A stretch of 64,000 bases of DNA from NCBI GenBank assembly GCA_963744545.1, contig CAVUUH010000027.1, positions 297,028 through 361,027 on the forward strand. Reading direction: 5' to 3'. Positions 31,130 to 41,050 of this stretch are shown piece by piece; the stretch's first letter is position 1, and every line of letters begins with the position of its first letter. A model generated the notes under the pieces. That model was not told the DNA's origin and searched no databases. It saw only the letters and a program-made list of their open reading frames with translations. A program made the translations under genes and the position numbers. Source of the DNA: an uncultured delta proteobacterium (GTDB lineage Bacteria > Desulfobacterota > Binatia > Binatales > Binataceae).

Positions 31130-31766
31130 TCTTCGCGAGCGCAACACAGGTGAGGTCAACGTCGTACGAATGCGTGTCCTGGGTGCGGCGCTGGATGCGA
31201 ATATTCGAAACGCCAATCGGCATCGCCAGCGAATTGATGCCGTAGAGCGCGTCGACCAACTGGGCGAGGTTCACGTTGGCCAGCTTCAACTGCACGCTGA
31301 ACTCAGTGAACCCGTCGCTGAGCTTACGATCGGAGCCGGGAGTGATCGAGCCGATTTTGTCGCGCCCGACACTCTTGGTCATCGACGCTTCGATGACTGA
31401 GAACAGCGAGAAATCCCTGCCCATCGGAACGGTGCGCTGTTCGGCCTTGGCGAGATTCGCCTTGAGCTGCGCGTAGGTGCCGGCGAGGCGGCGAACCTCG
31501 GCGAGGTCGTGTTGACGCTGGGCGATCTTGTCCTCGAGTCCCGAGCTCAGATCGACGATTGGGGTGTAGACCAGGTTGTACAGGAGAAAAACCGCGAGCA
31601 GGCCGCCGGCGATTTGCACCAGGATGCGTTCGCGCGGTTCGAGCTTCTGGTAGCGGTTGCGGGCCTGCGCGATATACGGGTCGATGCGCGTGGCGCCCTG
31701 CTTGAGGTAGGGCCGCAGCAAATTCATTATTCGCGCGCGCAAGTTGTCGATCCATTCTTTAAGCAT
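31122..31766 (-). CDS. gspM: Type II secretion system protein M
   Basis: LEPRER followed by a TM, coiled coil and VNLAQLVDAL; position after gspL. Confidence 0.85.
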   Translation of the reverse strand: MLKEWIDNLRARIMNLLRPYLKQGATRIDPYIAQARNRYQKLEPRERILVQIAGGLLAVFLLYNLVYTPIVDLSSGLEDKIAQRQHDLAEVRRLAGTYAQLKANLAKAEQRTVPMGRDFSLFSVIEASMTKSVGRDKIGSITPGSDRKLSDGFTEFSVQLKLANVNLAQLVDALYGINSLAMPIGVSNIRIQRRTQDTHSYDVDLTCVALAKNA

Positions 31767-31771
31767 TGCGG

Positions 31772-33256
31772 CTATTCTTCGATCTCGCGATCAGTCGCCG
31801 GCACGGCGTCCTTGAAATTTGCGTCCATTCGAAAATCCACTTTGCTCGGATCCGATCCGGCCTTGGCATGCGCGACTTCGATCGAGCCGAAGTAGCCGCT
31901 CTTGTCGAGCGCTCGCTTGGCTTGATCGACGGTCGTGAACGAATCGGCCTGGCCCGTGACGCGCAAGCCTTGTGAATCGATCTGAACGTCGGTCATCTGA
32001 ACTGGAAATCGACGGTTCAACGCTTGCGAGACCGCGACCAGCGTGTCGAGCGGCGAATGCGTCAGGTTGCCGCCGATCAGATTGAGCCGCTTGTTCATCT
32101 TCGCGATCCCGCTCTGCAATTGCGCCTTGGCGTTGGCGGGATCGGTTTCGCCGAGGGCCGGTCCGGCGACCACGGCAATTTCCGCGTTGACCCGCCGCAA
32201 GCGATTAAGATTTGCGGACACGCCCAGTGCGAAATGAAAAATGACGACGGCCAACAGCGCGGCTGCAAGCATCCCCGAGGTATAGAAGGGGCTGAGATCG
32301 CCGCGGATACGGCCGCGAAACATGAATTCGCCCTGGCGGAAATTGATCAGATCGAGCGGCTGGGTGGGCATCTCGCCCAAGAGCATCGCAATGCAAGTTG
32401 AAAACTTGCCGGAATTGGGCACCGAACCTTCGAACAGGCCGGTGTAGTCGAACGCGCCGCCGTCGCGCACCGACATCGCGAGCGAATCGGAAAGCATACC
32501 GCGCACCTTGGGATAGGCAGCCGCGGCGCCGGCGACGATGACGTCGGTCTGATCGGCTTCCTCGCCATGCGCTAGCAGGGTCTGACGCACCGAGTTGAGA
32601 ATCGGCGCGGCGGCGTCCTGCGTGACGGGCGAGCCGTCGGACATCATCAGGCCGGCGGGCATCGAGCGCATCGCGCGCGGCGTTCCTCCAAGATCGACCA
32701 GCACGACCGAAGTGGACGACTCGTCGCCTTCGACCACCAGGTGCGCGACCGGTTTGTTGCCGTTGCCGTTTTTCGTGCGGGTGAGCATCGCAGCGAGCGC
32801 GAGCGGTGCGAGCGTGACGATCTTCGGATCGAGTCCGGCCTTTTTTAGCAAATCGAGATGTTGTTGCAGATCCGTCTTGCGGACCATCGCGGCCATGACG
32901 AGAGTGTGGTCGCCCTCGCGCCCGACGCGGATAAACGCGACGGTGCCATTGTCGACCGGGAACGGCAGATGCTCTTCGAGCGCGAACGGAACGACCTGAT
33001 GCAGCCGGCGCGCATCCTTGAACGGCAGCTCGAGCAGCCGCTTGACGACGCGATCGACAGGCAGCGCCGAAATGACGATGTCAGGTTGGCCGGCCTCGAC
33101 CACCAGCCGCGACAGCGCGCCGGTCAGATCGGCTTCGTCATCGGCGCGAACCTTCTCGTAGACGCCGGCGAGCGTGAAGGAATTCCACGAGCGCTCGGCG
33201 ACGGCCGCGCGCACGCGATCACCCGACAGCTCCAGCGCAAGTATTCGTTGAGCCAT
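31772..33256 (-). CDS. gspL: Type II secretion system protein L (PilM-like cytoplasmic domain + PilN-like)
   Basis: ILALEL, LELPF...VPFALEEHLPFPVD, INFRQGEF, TM, GQADSFTTVD. Confidence 0.88.
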   Translation of the reverse strand: MAQRILALELSGDRVRAAVAERSWNSFTLAGVYEKVRADDEADLTGALSRLVVEAGQPDIVISALPVDRVVKRLLELPFKDARRLHQVVPFALEEHLPFPVDNGTVAFIRVGREGDHTLVMAAMVRKTDLQQHLDLLKKAGLDPKIVTLAPLALAAMLTRTKNGNGNKPVAHLVVEGDESSTSVVLVDLGGTPRAMRSMPAGLMMSDGSPVTQDAAAPILNSVRQTLLAHGEEADQTDVIVAGAAAAYPKVRGMLSDSLAMSVRDGGAFDYTGLFEGSVPNSGKFSTCIAMLLGEMPTQPLDLINFRQGEFMFRGRIRGDLSPFYTSGMLAAALLAVVIFHFALGVSANLNRLRRVNAEIAVVAGPALGETDPANAKAQLQSGIAKMNKRLNLIGGNLTHSPLDTLVAVSQALNRRFPVQMTDVQIDSQGLRVTGQADSFTTVDQAKRALDKSGYFGSIEVAHAKAGSDPSKVDFRMDANFKDAVPATDREIEE

Positions 33257-33271
33257 TAAGCGACCTTGACC

Positions 33272-34219
33272 CTAGTCCTCATGCCACGCCGCGAGCGTGC
33301 CGATGCCGGTGCTCTCGCGATGGAAGGTTGCGGTAATTATTTTGCGCGCGCCGGCGTAAGTTCCAGTGCCGGTGATCGTGAAGTACTGGCTGCGCATATC
33401 GACGTCCTTCATCAGTTTCTGGCCGATTTCGCCGAGGTCCGGAAGGTTGCCGATGTCGGTGGGCTGGCTGAACGGCCGAATCGCGCGCGCGTCGATTATC
33501 GCGAGCACGATTTTCTGATCCTCAGTCAATTCCGGCTCCAGCGCCGCCAGCACCTGGGGCGACGCGGTATTGGCATTCACCGCAGTCTCGGCCATCACTG
33601 TGAGGAACGGACTGACCCGATTGAAAATCGCTTCGTTGAACCCCTTGACCATCTGCAAATCACCAATCGTCGGCATCGCGCCGTAGCGCGGCTGATATGG
33701 AGGCTTCAGTCCCGCGTAGTAATCTCCGATGCCGCCGCCTAGCCCGGTGCCGTTGTTCGGAGTAATCCAGTCGATGATACCTTGAACCAAGTCAGGGCTC
33801 ACGTCGAGCACCGCGAAAAGCCGCTGTACCTTCTGGATCGCAGGCAGGTTCGGGACGCCGTTTTGTACCATCGCATTGAGATTGATTTTGCGGCCCTCGT
33901 CCACGATCGAGAGTGCGACGGTGCCGCCCGCGAGCTGCATCGGCGGAAACGGCACCGCCCACACGTCGCTCAAGGTGTCGATCGGGGTCTGCGACTGCGC
34001 GTCGGCGCGCGCGTCAGCCGCCAGCAGCGCGAGACCGACACTGACGGCGGACCGTGCGAGGTAGCTGGCGCGCAGCTCGTTGGCCTGGTTGGCGGCCGAG
34101 ACGAATCCGAGTCCGGAGGTCATCGCGAAGTCCACGACGATCAGGGTCATCAGCGCGATTTCCAGCAGAACCGCGAGCAGCGCGACGCCGCGTTCACTTT
34201 TTCGCACGCGCGTTACCAT
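33272..34219 (-). CDS. gspK: Type II secretion minor pseudopilin K
   Basis: ERGVALLAVL, DEGRKINLN, DLQMVKGF, NANTASPQVL; start set at ATG 34219. Confidence 0.92.
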   Translation of the reverse strand: MVTRVRKSERGVALLAVLLEIALMTLIVVDFAMTSGLGFVSAANQANELRASYLARSAVSVGLALLAADARADAQSQTPIDTLSDVWAVPFPPMQLAGGTVALSIVDEGRKINLNAMVQNGVPNLPAIQKVQRLFAVLDVSPDLVQGIIDWITPNNGTGLGGGIGDYYAGLKPPYQPRYGAMPTIGDLQMVKGFNEAIFNRVSPFLTVMAETAVNANTASPQVLAALEPELTEDQKIVLAIIDARAIRPFSQPTDIGNLPDLGEIGQKLMKDVDMRSQYFTITGTGTYAGARKIITATFHRESTGIGTLAAWHED

Positions 34220-34881
34220 TGCTGTATCGCCATCGGCAGGGTCACCTGCGTCGCGAAGTCCATCACCTGTCCGCCGGGGGCAGCCATCTGAATCTGGATC
34301 GCCACTGCGACCGGCAACTGACGTCCCTGCGGCAGACTCGACGACTCCCAACTCTCGCCCCATTTCTGGCCGTCGAAATAGCGGAAGTGGAGCGAGAGGA
34401 TATTGTCCGCGAGCGTAGTCAATTGCGGCGCAGCCGTGCTCGTCAGCAGGCCACTCTGCTGCGAGCGCTGCAGGATGAACCAGCCCGGCTGATCGGGATT
34501 CGAGTTCAAATTGTAGGTGACTATGGTCTCGGGCGTCATCCCGGTGAGCGCCTTGCGATGCCCTCCGCTGAAGGTGGACAGCGTCATCGTGTCGACCGGC
34601 GCGCCATTGCTCATGTGCCCGTTGCCGAACAGCGCGACGTTGCTGGCGGTGTACGGAGTTTGTACTGCGTTGCGCAACTCCTTGGTCAGCTGCCAGAGCA
34701 GGGCGCGGCCTTCGCGATCGACCATCAGGCGTCCTTCCGCGTGCACCTTGCTATGCGCGATCGTGCTGAACGAGCTCGCCAGCATCGTGAGGATCAGCGC
34801 GAGCACTCCTATCGCGAGCATCATCTCGATGAGCGTGAAGCCGCGCGGCGCGCGACGAGTAGATGTGCGCGGTGTCGTCAT
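34213..34881 (-). CDS. gspJ: Type II secretion minor pseudopilin J
   Basis: RGFTLIEMMLA prepilin motif; FRYFDGQKW...W...LPVAV. Confidence 0.88.
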   Translation of the reverse strand: MTTPRTSTRRAPRGFTLIEMMLAIGVLALILTMLASSFSTIAHSKVHAEGRLMVDREGRALLWQLTKELRNAVQTPYTASNVALFGNGHMSNGAPVDTMTLSTFSGGHRKALTGMTPETIVTYNLNSNPDQPGWFILQRSQQSGLLTSTAAPQLTTLADNILSLHFRYFDGQKWGESWESSSLPQGRQLPVAVAIQIQMAAPGGQVMDFATQVTLPMAIQQW

Positions 34882-35324
34882 AGCACTGCTCCCGAAGGAG
34901 CCACCGTGCCTGGGGGCAGGTTCTCCGGATCGGGCGGAATCGGCGAATGTAGAAATTCGACCAGAAGAAAATTCTGCGAAAGCGAGGGACCGTAACTAAT
35001 CAGAACCTTGACCTGGCGGACATCGGGAAACGTGCCTGACGCGTCAACCTCGCGCTGCCACCGGAAGTCCCGGAACTCACCGGGAAACGAAGTCTCGAAG
35101 TCACCGCTGGTGCGACCGAGATCCGGCCATCGCTCGAGCTCCGCCTCGGTCATTACGGCCTGCGCCAACATCGAGGCGCGCGTCGACTGCTGAGCGCGAA
35201 TCACGGATTGCATGCTCTGATGTTGCAGTCCGAGCAGGCCGAGCAGCGCGATCCCGAGGATCGCAATCGCGACCATCACCTCGAGCAGCGTAAATGCGCG
35301 CGCGCGCCGGCGAAGATGATTCAT
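34878..35324 (-). CDS. gspI: Type II secretion minor pseudopilin I
   Basis: RAFTLLEVMVAIAIL prepilin motif; FRWQREV. Confidence 0.85.
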   Translation of the reverse strand: MNHLRRRARAFTLLEVMVAIAILGIALLGLLGLQHQSMQSVIRAQQSTRASMLAQAVMTEAELERWPDLGRTSGDFETSFPGEFRDFRWQREVDASGTFPDVRQVKVLISYGPSLSQNFLLVEFLHSPIPPDPENLPPGTVAPSGAVL

Positions 35325-35914
35325 TGCGAGGCCTTCATGCCCGGCGGCATCACGTCGCCGCTGATGATAGCGACCTGGCCCGTCAGCGGCGAAAACTCGA
35401 GCGTCATCACGTCGCCTGAGGCGTCTTCGAGATGCACCACCGTCGCGTCGACGTAACCCTCGGGATAAAAGTTGGTCGCGATAGTGCCGCGATTGAAGGT
35501 GCCGATGCCTTCGACAGTGACGTCGCGAATCCGAATCGCAGCCGGAAGCATCACCGGCCGTCCTGACATGGTGGTGTCGGGCGCGAAGACTGGCTGGACT
35601 GCGTACGGATCGAGCTGCGCTGCGGCGTAGCCGTTGTTGTCGATATCGAAAATAAGCCGTAGCACGAGTTTGTGGCCGGTTGCCTCGTCGTACATGTAAG
35701 TTGCGCGTCCTGCGAGGCGGCGTGCCTGGCTTTTCAATGCGGCCTCACGAAATCCGCCGAGGTACGGCAACGCCAGCGTCAGCATCAACCCCATGATAAA
35801 AATTACGACCGCCAGTTCGAGCAGCGTGAAGCCCGGCGATGACGACAACGACAACGCGCCCAGGCGTGCGATCCCTTTTGCGTGGCGAGCAGCTGGCCTG
35901 GGCCGCAACTTCAT
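35321..35914 (-). CDS. gspH: Type II secretion minor pseudopilin H
   Basis: GFTLLELAVVIFIMG; FYPEGY; PLTGQV. Confidence 0.85.
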   Translation of the reverse strand: MKLRPRPAARHAKGIARLGALSLSSSPGFTLLELAVVIFIMGLMLTLALPYLGGFREAALKSQARRLAGRATYMYDEATGHKLVLRLIFDIDNNGYAAAQLDPYAVQPVFAPDTTMSGRPVMLPAAIRIRDVTVEGIGTFNRGTIATNFYPEGYVDATVVHLEDASGDVMTLEFSPLTGQVAIISGDVMPPGMKASQ

Positions 35915-35921
35915 AGCGTCG

Positions 35922-36341
35922 TCACGATGACTGGCTGGCGTCTATGTCGTCCGAACTTTCGACCCCGTCCGGGCCGAACGATTTCAGCACGTAAGAATTT
36001 CCGTCGCTCTGGTAGAAGTAGGCGGTGCCCCATGGATCCTGCGGGAGTCGCTCGATATAGCCGCCACTTTCGTAGTTGGCCGGCACGCGTCCATTGGTCG
36101 GCGGCGACACCAGCGCGTTCAAGCCCTGGTCGGTGGTCGGGTAGTAGCCGTTGTCGAGGTAGTAGCGATCGAGCGCGGTCTTGATTTCCGCCAGGTCGGC
36201 CTGGGCCTTGGTCTTCTTGGCCTTGTCGGCGGCGCCGCGGAGGCTTTGCACGACGATCGTCGCGAGCAGACCGAGGATCAGAATAACCACCATGATTTCA
36301 ATCAGGGTGAATCCATCCTGATTGTATCGGCGTGACTTCAT
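35922..36341 (-). CDS. gspG: Type II secretion major pseudopilin G
   Basis: GFTLIEIMVVILILGLLA, ALDRYYLDNGYYPTTDQGLNAL, DPWG, SFGPDG...DDI; GGAGGT RBS before ATG 36341. Confidence 0.95.
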   Translation of the reverse strand: MKSRRYNQDGFTLIEIMVVILILGLLATIVVQSLRGAADKAKKTKAQADLAEIKTALDRYYLDNGYYPTTDQGLNALVSPPTNGRVPANYESGGYIERLPQDPWGTAYFYQSDGNSYVLKSFGPDGVESSDDIDASQSS

Positions 36342-36379
36342 CGCCTTTACCTCCGGCGCGTTCTTCATCTTTTCACTTC

Positions 36380-36946
36380 TCACTGCATCAACTGGTTGAG
36401 CTGGAAGATCGGCATCAGCACCGCCAGCATCATGAACACGATAACAGCGGCCATCGCCAGCGTCATCACCGGCTCCAGCACACTGTTAATCTCGCTGGGG
36501 CGCGAGTTGTAGTAATCGTAGAGACGCCGTCCGCGCGGCGTTGCCAGCGCGCCAACGATTCCGGCGACGAGCCCGACCGATAGGATAGTCATCGCCAGCC
36601 AGTGACCGATGACGAACGCCGAGAATCTGATCAAAATTTTTGTCGCCAAGGGCAAAACCGCATGCTGCTGCACAAAGATCGTCGCTACCTGAGGCACTAC
36701 GTAGGCCAACAGAAACGCAGTGATTCCTGTTCCGACGCACAACATGATGATCGGATAAGTCAGAGCGCCACGAAGCTCGCTTATGGATCCCTTGTCTGGG
36801 CGGCAGTCCCATCGCCCCATCAACGCGCCAGCTATTGCCGCTAAGAGCCTAACCAACGACCGCCTAGAGGGGGTTGAACAAGTCAGCGGGCCTGCGACCT
36901 CACCGATTGAGCCAGAATTATACCTGCGTGACTGAATCTTCATCAT
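36380..36946 (-). CDS. Truncated GspF paralog keeping only the TM segments (GspF')
   Basis: Matches GspF RGALTYP...TPRGRRxYD, joined in frame via a short linker to the GspF C-terminus VLEPVM...FQLNQLMQ. Confidence 0.7.
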   Translation of the reverse strand: MMKIQSRRYNSGSIGEVAGPLTCSTPSRRSLVRLLAAIAGALMGRWDCRPDKGSISELRGALTYPIIMLCVGTGITAFLLAYVVPQVATIFVQQHAVLPLATKILIRFSAFVIGHWLAMTILSVGLVAGIVGALATPRGRRLYDYYNSRPSEINSVLEPVMTLAMAAVIVFMMLAVLMPIFQLNQLMQ

Positions 36947-38172
36947 TGCATCAACTGGTTGAGCTGGAAGATCGGCATCAGCACCGCAAGCATCATGAAC
37001 ACGATAATAGCGGCCATCGCCAGCGTCATCACCGGCTCGAGCACGGTGGTCATCTGGCTGAGCGAGTGCGAGACTTCGCGCTCGTAGTTGTCGGCGACGC
37101 GTTCGAGCATCCGCTCGAGTTCGCCGGAGCGCTCTCCCACCCGGATCATCTCGATCAGCAGCGGCGGAAAGAGCCCGCTATGCGACAGCGTCTGCGCCAT
37201 GCCGTGGCCCTCGCGGATACTTTCGCGGCTCTGCTCGACGGCGTCCTTCAACAGACCGTTGGTGACAACGCCTTTGACGGCATCGAGTGCAGGCAGCAAC
37301 TGGACGCCGCTGGCGAGCAGGGTGGCGAGCGTCCGCGCGAAGCGTGCACAGATGATTCGGATCATGGTCGGCCCGATGTAGTACACCCTCAGGATTGCGG
37401 TGTCGTACATGCGGCGGCCGCGCGGCGTCGCCATCAAGGCTGTGAATCCCGCCACCATCCCAACCAGCAACAGCCCCAGCGGAATCCAGTAGCCGGTGAC
37501 GAGTCCCGAAAATGTGATCAGGATTTTCGTCGCCAGCGGCAGTGCCGCATGCTGCTGCTCGAAAATCGTCGCGACCTGCGGCACTACGTACGCCACCAGG
37601 AACGCCATTATTCCAGTGCCGACGCACATCATGATGATCGGATAGGTCAGCGCGCCGCGCACCTTGGTGACGAATTCATTCTGGCGCTCACTGTATTCAG
37701 CGAGCCTGTCGAGCACCGCCTCGAGCGCTGCGGCCTGCTCACCCGCGCGCACCATCCCGATGTAGAGGTCTGAGAAGACGTCGCGATGATTAGTCAGCGC
37801 GTCGGCCAGCGACGAGCCTTCGCGCACGCGCTCGCGCACTTGCGAGAGCATCCTCTTTGTCGCGGCGCGCGAGGATTGATCGCTGAGCGCACTGAGCGCA
37901 TCGACCAGTTGCACGCCCGCGCCGAGCAACGCGCTCAACTGTCGCGTCAGGAGAGCGAGGTCCGACGCCGGCATCTTGCGCCGCCACAGCGAGGGCAGCC
38001 ACTCGCGCTGCGCGGTCGAGCGTTGGGCGGCATCTGCCTCCTCGTTCAGCTCGGTCGGGAAGACTCCCTGCGAACGGAGCTTGCCTCGCGCCGTACGAGC
38101 GCTGTCGGCGTCAACTACGCCGTTGACGGAACGTCCGTCGGCGCCAAGTCCTCGATAAGCAAATACTGGCAT
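36943..38172 (-). CDS. gspF: Type II secretion inner membrane platform protein F
   Basis: MPVFAYRG, TRQLSALLGAG, VREGSSLADAL, ALTYP, GERSGEL, LEP. Confidence 0.96.
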   Translation of the reverse strand: MPVFAYRGLGADGRSVNGVVDADSARTARGKLRSQGVFPTELNEEADAAQRSTAQREWLPSLWRRKMPASDLALLTRQLSALLGAGVQLVDALSALSDQSSRAATKRMLSQVRERVREGSSLADALTNHRDVFSDLYIGMVRAGEQAAALEAVLDRLAEYSERQNEFVTKVRGALTYPIIMMCVGTGIMAFLVAYVVPQVATIFEQQHAALPLATKILITFSGLVTGYWIPLGLLLVGMVAGFTALMATPRGRRMYDTAILRVYYIGPTMIRIICARFARTLATLLASGVQLLPALDAVKGVVTNGLLKDAVEQSRESIREGHGMAQTLSHSGLFPPLLIEMIRVGERSGELERMLERVADNYEREVSHSLSQMTTVLEPVMTLAMAAIIVFMMLAVLMPIFQLNQLMQ

Positions 38173-38202
38173 CGGTGAAAAAACTTAAATGCGGGACGCG
38201 CG

Positions 38203-39919
38203 CTAGTCGATGTCTTCCTGCGTGACCCGCAGCAACTCCTCGATCGAGGTCTCGCCGCGCAGCACGCGCGCCGCGCCGTCCTGTCGCAGCAACGTCATGC
38301 CGACGCTGGTGCATTTGCGGCGCAGAGTAGCGGCGTCGGCATTCTGCATCACGAGCGATCGTATTTCGTCGTCCATGATCATCAATTCCTGGATCGCCAT
38401 TCGGCCGCGATAACCGGTGTTGCGGCATTGGCGGCATCCCTTGGGTCGGCAGACCTTGTTGGTCGTTTCGAGGCCCTTGAGGCCGATTCGCGCCAGCTCG
38501 GTTTCGGTCGCCTTGTAAGGCTCGCGGCAATCGGGGCAGAGCTTGCGGACGAGGCGTTGCGCGAGCACGGCGAGAATCGACGACGAAACCAGGAACGGCT
38601 CGATTCCCATGTCGACCAATCGCGTCACCGCGCCGAATGAATCGTTGGTGTGGAGCGTCGAGAACACGAGATGGCCGGTGAGTGCGGCCTGAATCGCGAT
38701 TTCCGCGGTCTCGCTGTCGCGGATTTCGCCGACCATGATTACGTCGGGATCCTGGCGCAGAATCGATCGCAGCCCGCTGGCGAAGGTCAGCTCGATCTTC
38801 GGATTCACCTGCATCTGGCCGACGCCGCGCAACTGATACTCGATCGGATCTTCGATCGTGATGATATTTTTTTCGGGGGAGTTTATCCTCGTACAGACAC
38901 GCGTACAGCGTGGTCGATTTTCCCGAACCGGTCGGCCCGGTAGCCAGGATGATCCCGTGACTCTGCCTGATTAAGCGATCGAGCCGCGCGAGATTGTCGC
39001 CTGAAAAACCGAGATGGTCGAGGTTGATTGCTTCGACCGCCTGCGCGCGATCGAGCAATCGCAGCACGATACGCTCGCCGAACGCGGTCGGAATCGACGA
39101 GACGCGCAAGTCGATATCGCGGCCGGCAATGCGCAGCCGGATTCTGCCATCCTGCGGCAGCCGCTTCTCCGCGATATTGAGGCCCGCCATGACCTTGACG
39201 CGCGAGGTGATCGCCGGCTGAAAGCGCTTGGGCGGCGACAGTACGTCGTACATCATGCCGTCCACGCGGAAGCGCACCACCATTTCTTTTTCGAAAACCT
39301 CGACGTGGATATCGGACGCGCGGTCCTTGACCGCCTGCGACAGCACGCCGTTGACGAGCTTGATAATTGGCGCCGAATCGTCGGACTCGAGCAGGTCCAG
39401 CGGCTCCGACGCGAGTTCGCTGGCGACTACATCGAGCCGCTCTTCCTGGAGATCGATCATCAGGTCCTCGGCCGAAGTGGCCGACGCCTGATCGTATGCG
39501 CGGTTGATCGCTTCGGCGATCACTTCGGCCGGCGCGATCAGCGCGTTGATATGCGCACCGAACAGGATTCGCAAATCGTCGAGCGGCTCGAAGTTGGCCG
39601 GGTCGGCGATCGCGACGGTCACCGTGCCGTCGATGATTGACAGCGGCAGCAGGCGATTCTTCTTCGCGTAGTTGATCGGAATCTTCGAGACCAGCTTCGA
39701 ATCGAGCGAGTTCTCGTCGATATGAGCCTGGAACGGCAGCCGGTATTCCTGCGCGAGTGCGCGCGCGAGACGCTGAGGCTCGAGCGCACCCATCTCGACC
39801 AGCACGTCGGCCAGCTCCTGCCCGGGCTTCTTGCGCTGGCGCGCCTTGTCGAGATCCTGGGCAGAGACCCACGAACGGTCGAGCAGAATTGCCTCGAAAC
39901 TTTTGCGTGCAGTCGCCAT
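38203..39919 (-). CDS. gspE: Type II secretion ATPase E (frameshift near 38892)
   Basis: [25 protein letters not shown]; after removing one base [37 protein letters not shown] zinc motif. Confidence 0.93.
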
Positions 39920-40120
39920 CAGGCAAGTCCCGAGGCGAGCCCGGTGGCAGATGACACCGCTCGTCGATTCAAGTCATATCGGGTCATTTTCAACGACAAT
40001 GACACCCCACCGAACATACCACTATTCCCCCCATCTGGGCCTCAATTAGACACGATGGTTCCTGCTAGTTGCAAGTATGCGTTCCCCGTGGCACTGACGA
40101 TTTGCAGCTCCCCGCTGCCA

Positions 40121-40579
40121 CTAGTAGTGCACCGCTCCCGGTGTCGTCTGAGTCCCATTTCCAATCGGTCCTTGGTTGATCCCAAGGCCGAGCCCCGTAT
40201 GTCCCTTAGCCGGCAAAGTATGCTCGGCTTCCTGCCATGAGACGAGTTTACCCTGCACAAACTTCAAATCTAAAAATGTGCCCTTGTCGCCATCCTTGGA
40301 CGAGGTGTACATCAGGGCGGCTGCGACGTCGTTGCTGTTGGGCTTATAGGGATAGCTCCAGACCTCGGTTTCCCCCGGCAAATAGGTCCGAATATCGGGC
40401 TCTCCCCATGAATGATGCACTTGCGGCGAGGTCTGGCCGACCTGCAGCGAATCGGACATGCGAGTCGCCTTGATTCGGGTGCCGGCCTGGTAAGCGAGGC
40501 CGCATCCAGCCAAAGCGAAAATCAGCGCCGCCGACACGATCGCGAGCAGGGAACGTAGGCGAAATCGGACTTTTTTCAT
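40121..40579 (-). CDS. SmpA/OmlA (BamE-like) lipoprotein
   Basis: Lipobox LAGC; LQVGQTSPQVHHSWGEPD...EVWSY...LKFVQGKLV; start set at ATG 40579. Confidence 0.7.
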   Translation of the reverse strand: MKKVRFRLRSLLAIVSAALIFALAGCGLAYQAGTRIKATRMSDSLQVGQTSPQVHHSWGEPDIRTYLPGETEVWSYPYKPNSNDVAAALMYTSSKDGDKGTFLDLKFVQGKLVSWQEAEHTLPAKGHTGLGLGINQGPIGNGTQTTPGAVHY

Positions 40580-40687
40580 GATTTGGGTACTTATCGACAT
40601 TGGATCTATGGCGGCGATTTTGTGGGCGCCATCCCTGATTGTCAACGGTATGCTATAGAGCAACCAATATGAACGAGGGAGACCCCG

Positions 40688-40921
40688 ATGGCGCGTAAGC
40701 TGACTCTGGTGAAAGGAGCGTCGCAGCGCGGATCGCTGGTTTACGGGATGCGGATTTTCAGCCAGGGCAGCGTCGCAGGCGTCGAGGATGCGCGGGTCAG
40801 CCTGGCCGACGGCACCAGCGGACGAGTCACGATGCATCTGATAGAAGGCACCCGAGTACAAATCCGGCGGCAACTGCTGCAAAGCCTCGACGCATTTTTC
40901 GAACTGCTTGATGAACAATAG
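40688..40921 (+). CDS. Small hypothetical protein
   Basis: GAGGGAG RBS and host-like codon usage; no recognisable motif. Confidence 0.5.
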   Translation: MARKLTLVKGASQRGSLVYGMRIFSQGSVAGVEDARVSLADGTSGRVTMHLIEGTRVQIRRQLLQSLDAFFELLDEQ

Positions 40922-40967
40922 AGTTCGGAACTAGAAATGATTGAACGAACCAATCGGTCCAAAATAA

Positions 40968-41010
40968 TCCGGTTCCCCTTCCCACTATGGGAAGGGGCTA
41001 GGGGTTAGGT
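40968..41010 (+). repeat. Palindromic repeat family A, copy 1
   Basis: GGTTCCCCTTCCCACTATGGGAAGGGGCTAGGGGTTAGGT. Confidence 0.85.
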
Positions 41011-41050
41011 TCCCGAGAATCAACCAGCAGAGCGAACAGCGGAGAATCAA

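Noticed and set aside
38860-38900. Programmed frameshift at the A7/C5 run in gspE
   Set aside because: The frame break maps upstream of the run (near 38892), and similar indels occur throughout the window, so error is more likely.
40088-40106. Sigma-54 promoter TGGCAC...TTGC
   Set aside because: The GG-to-GC spacing is wrong and it points away from gspE.
40580-40918. Extension of the BamE-like lipoprotein to 265 aa
   Set aside because: The lipoprotein signal starts at MKKVRFR (40579); the extension overlaps a plus-strand ORF with a better RBS.
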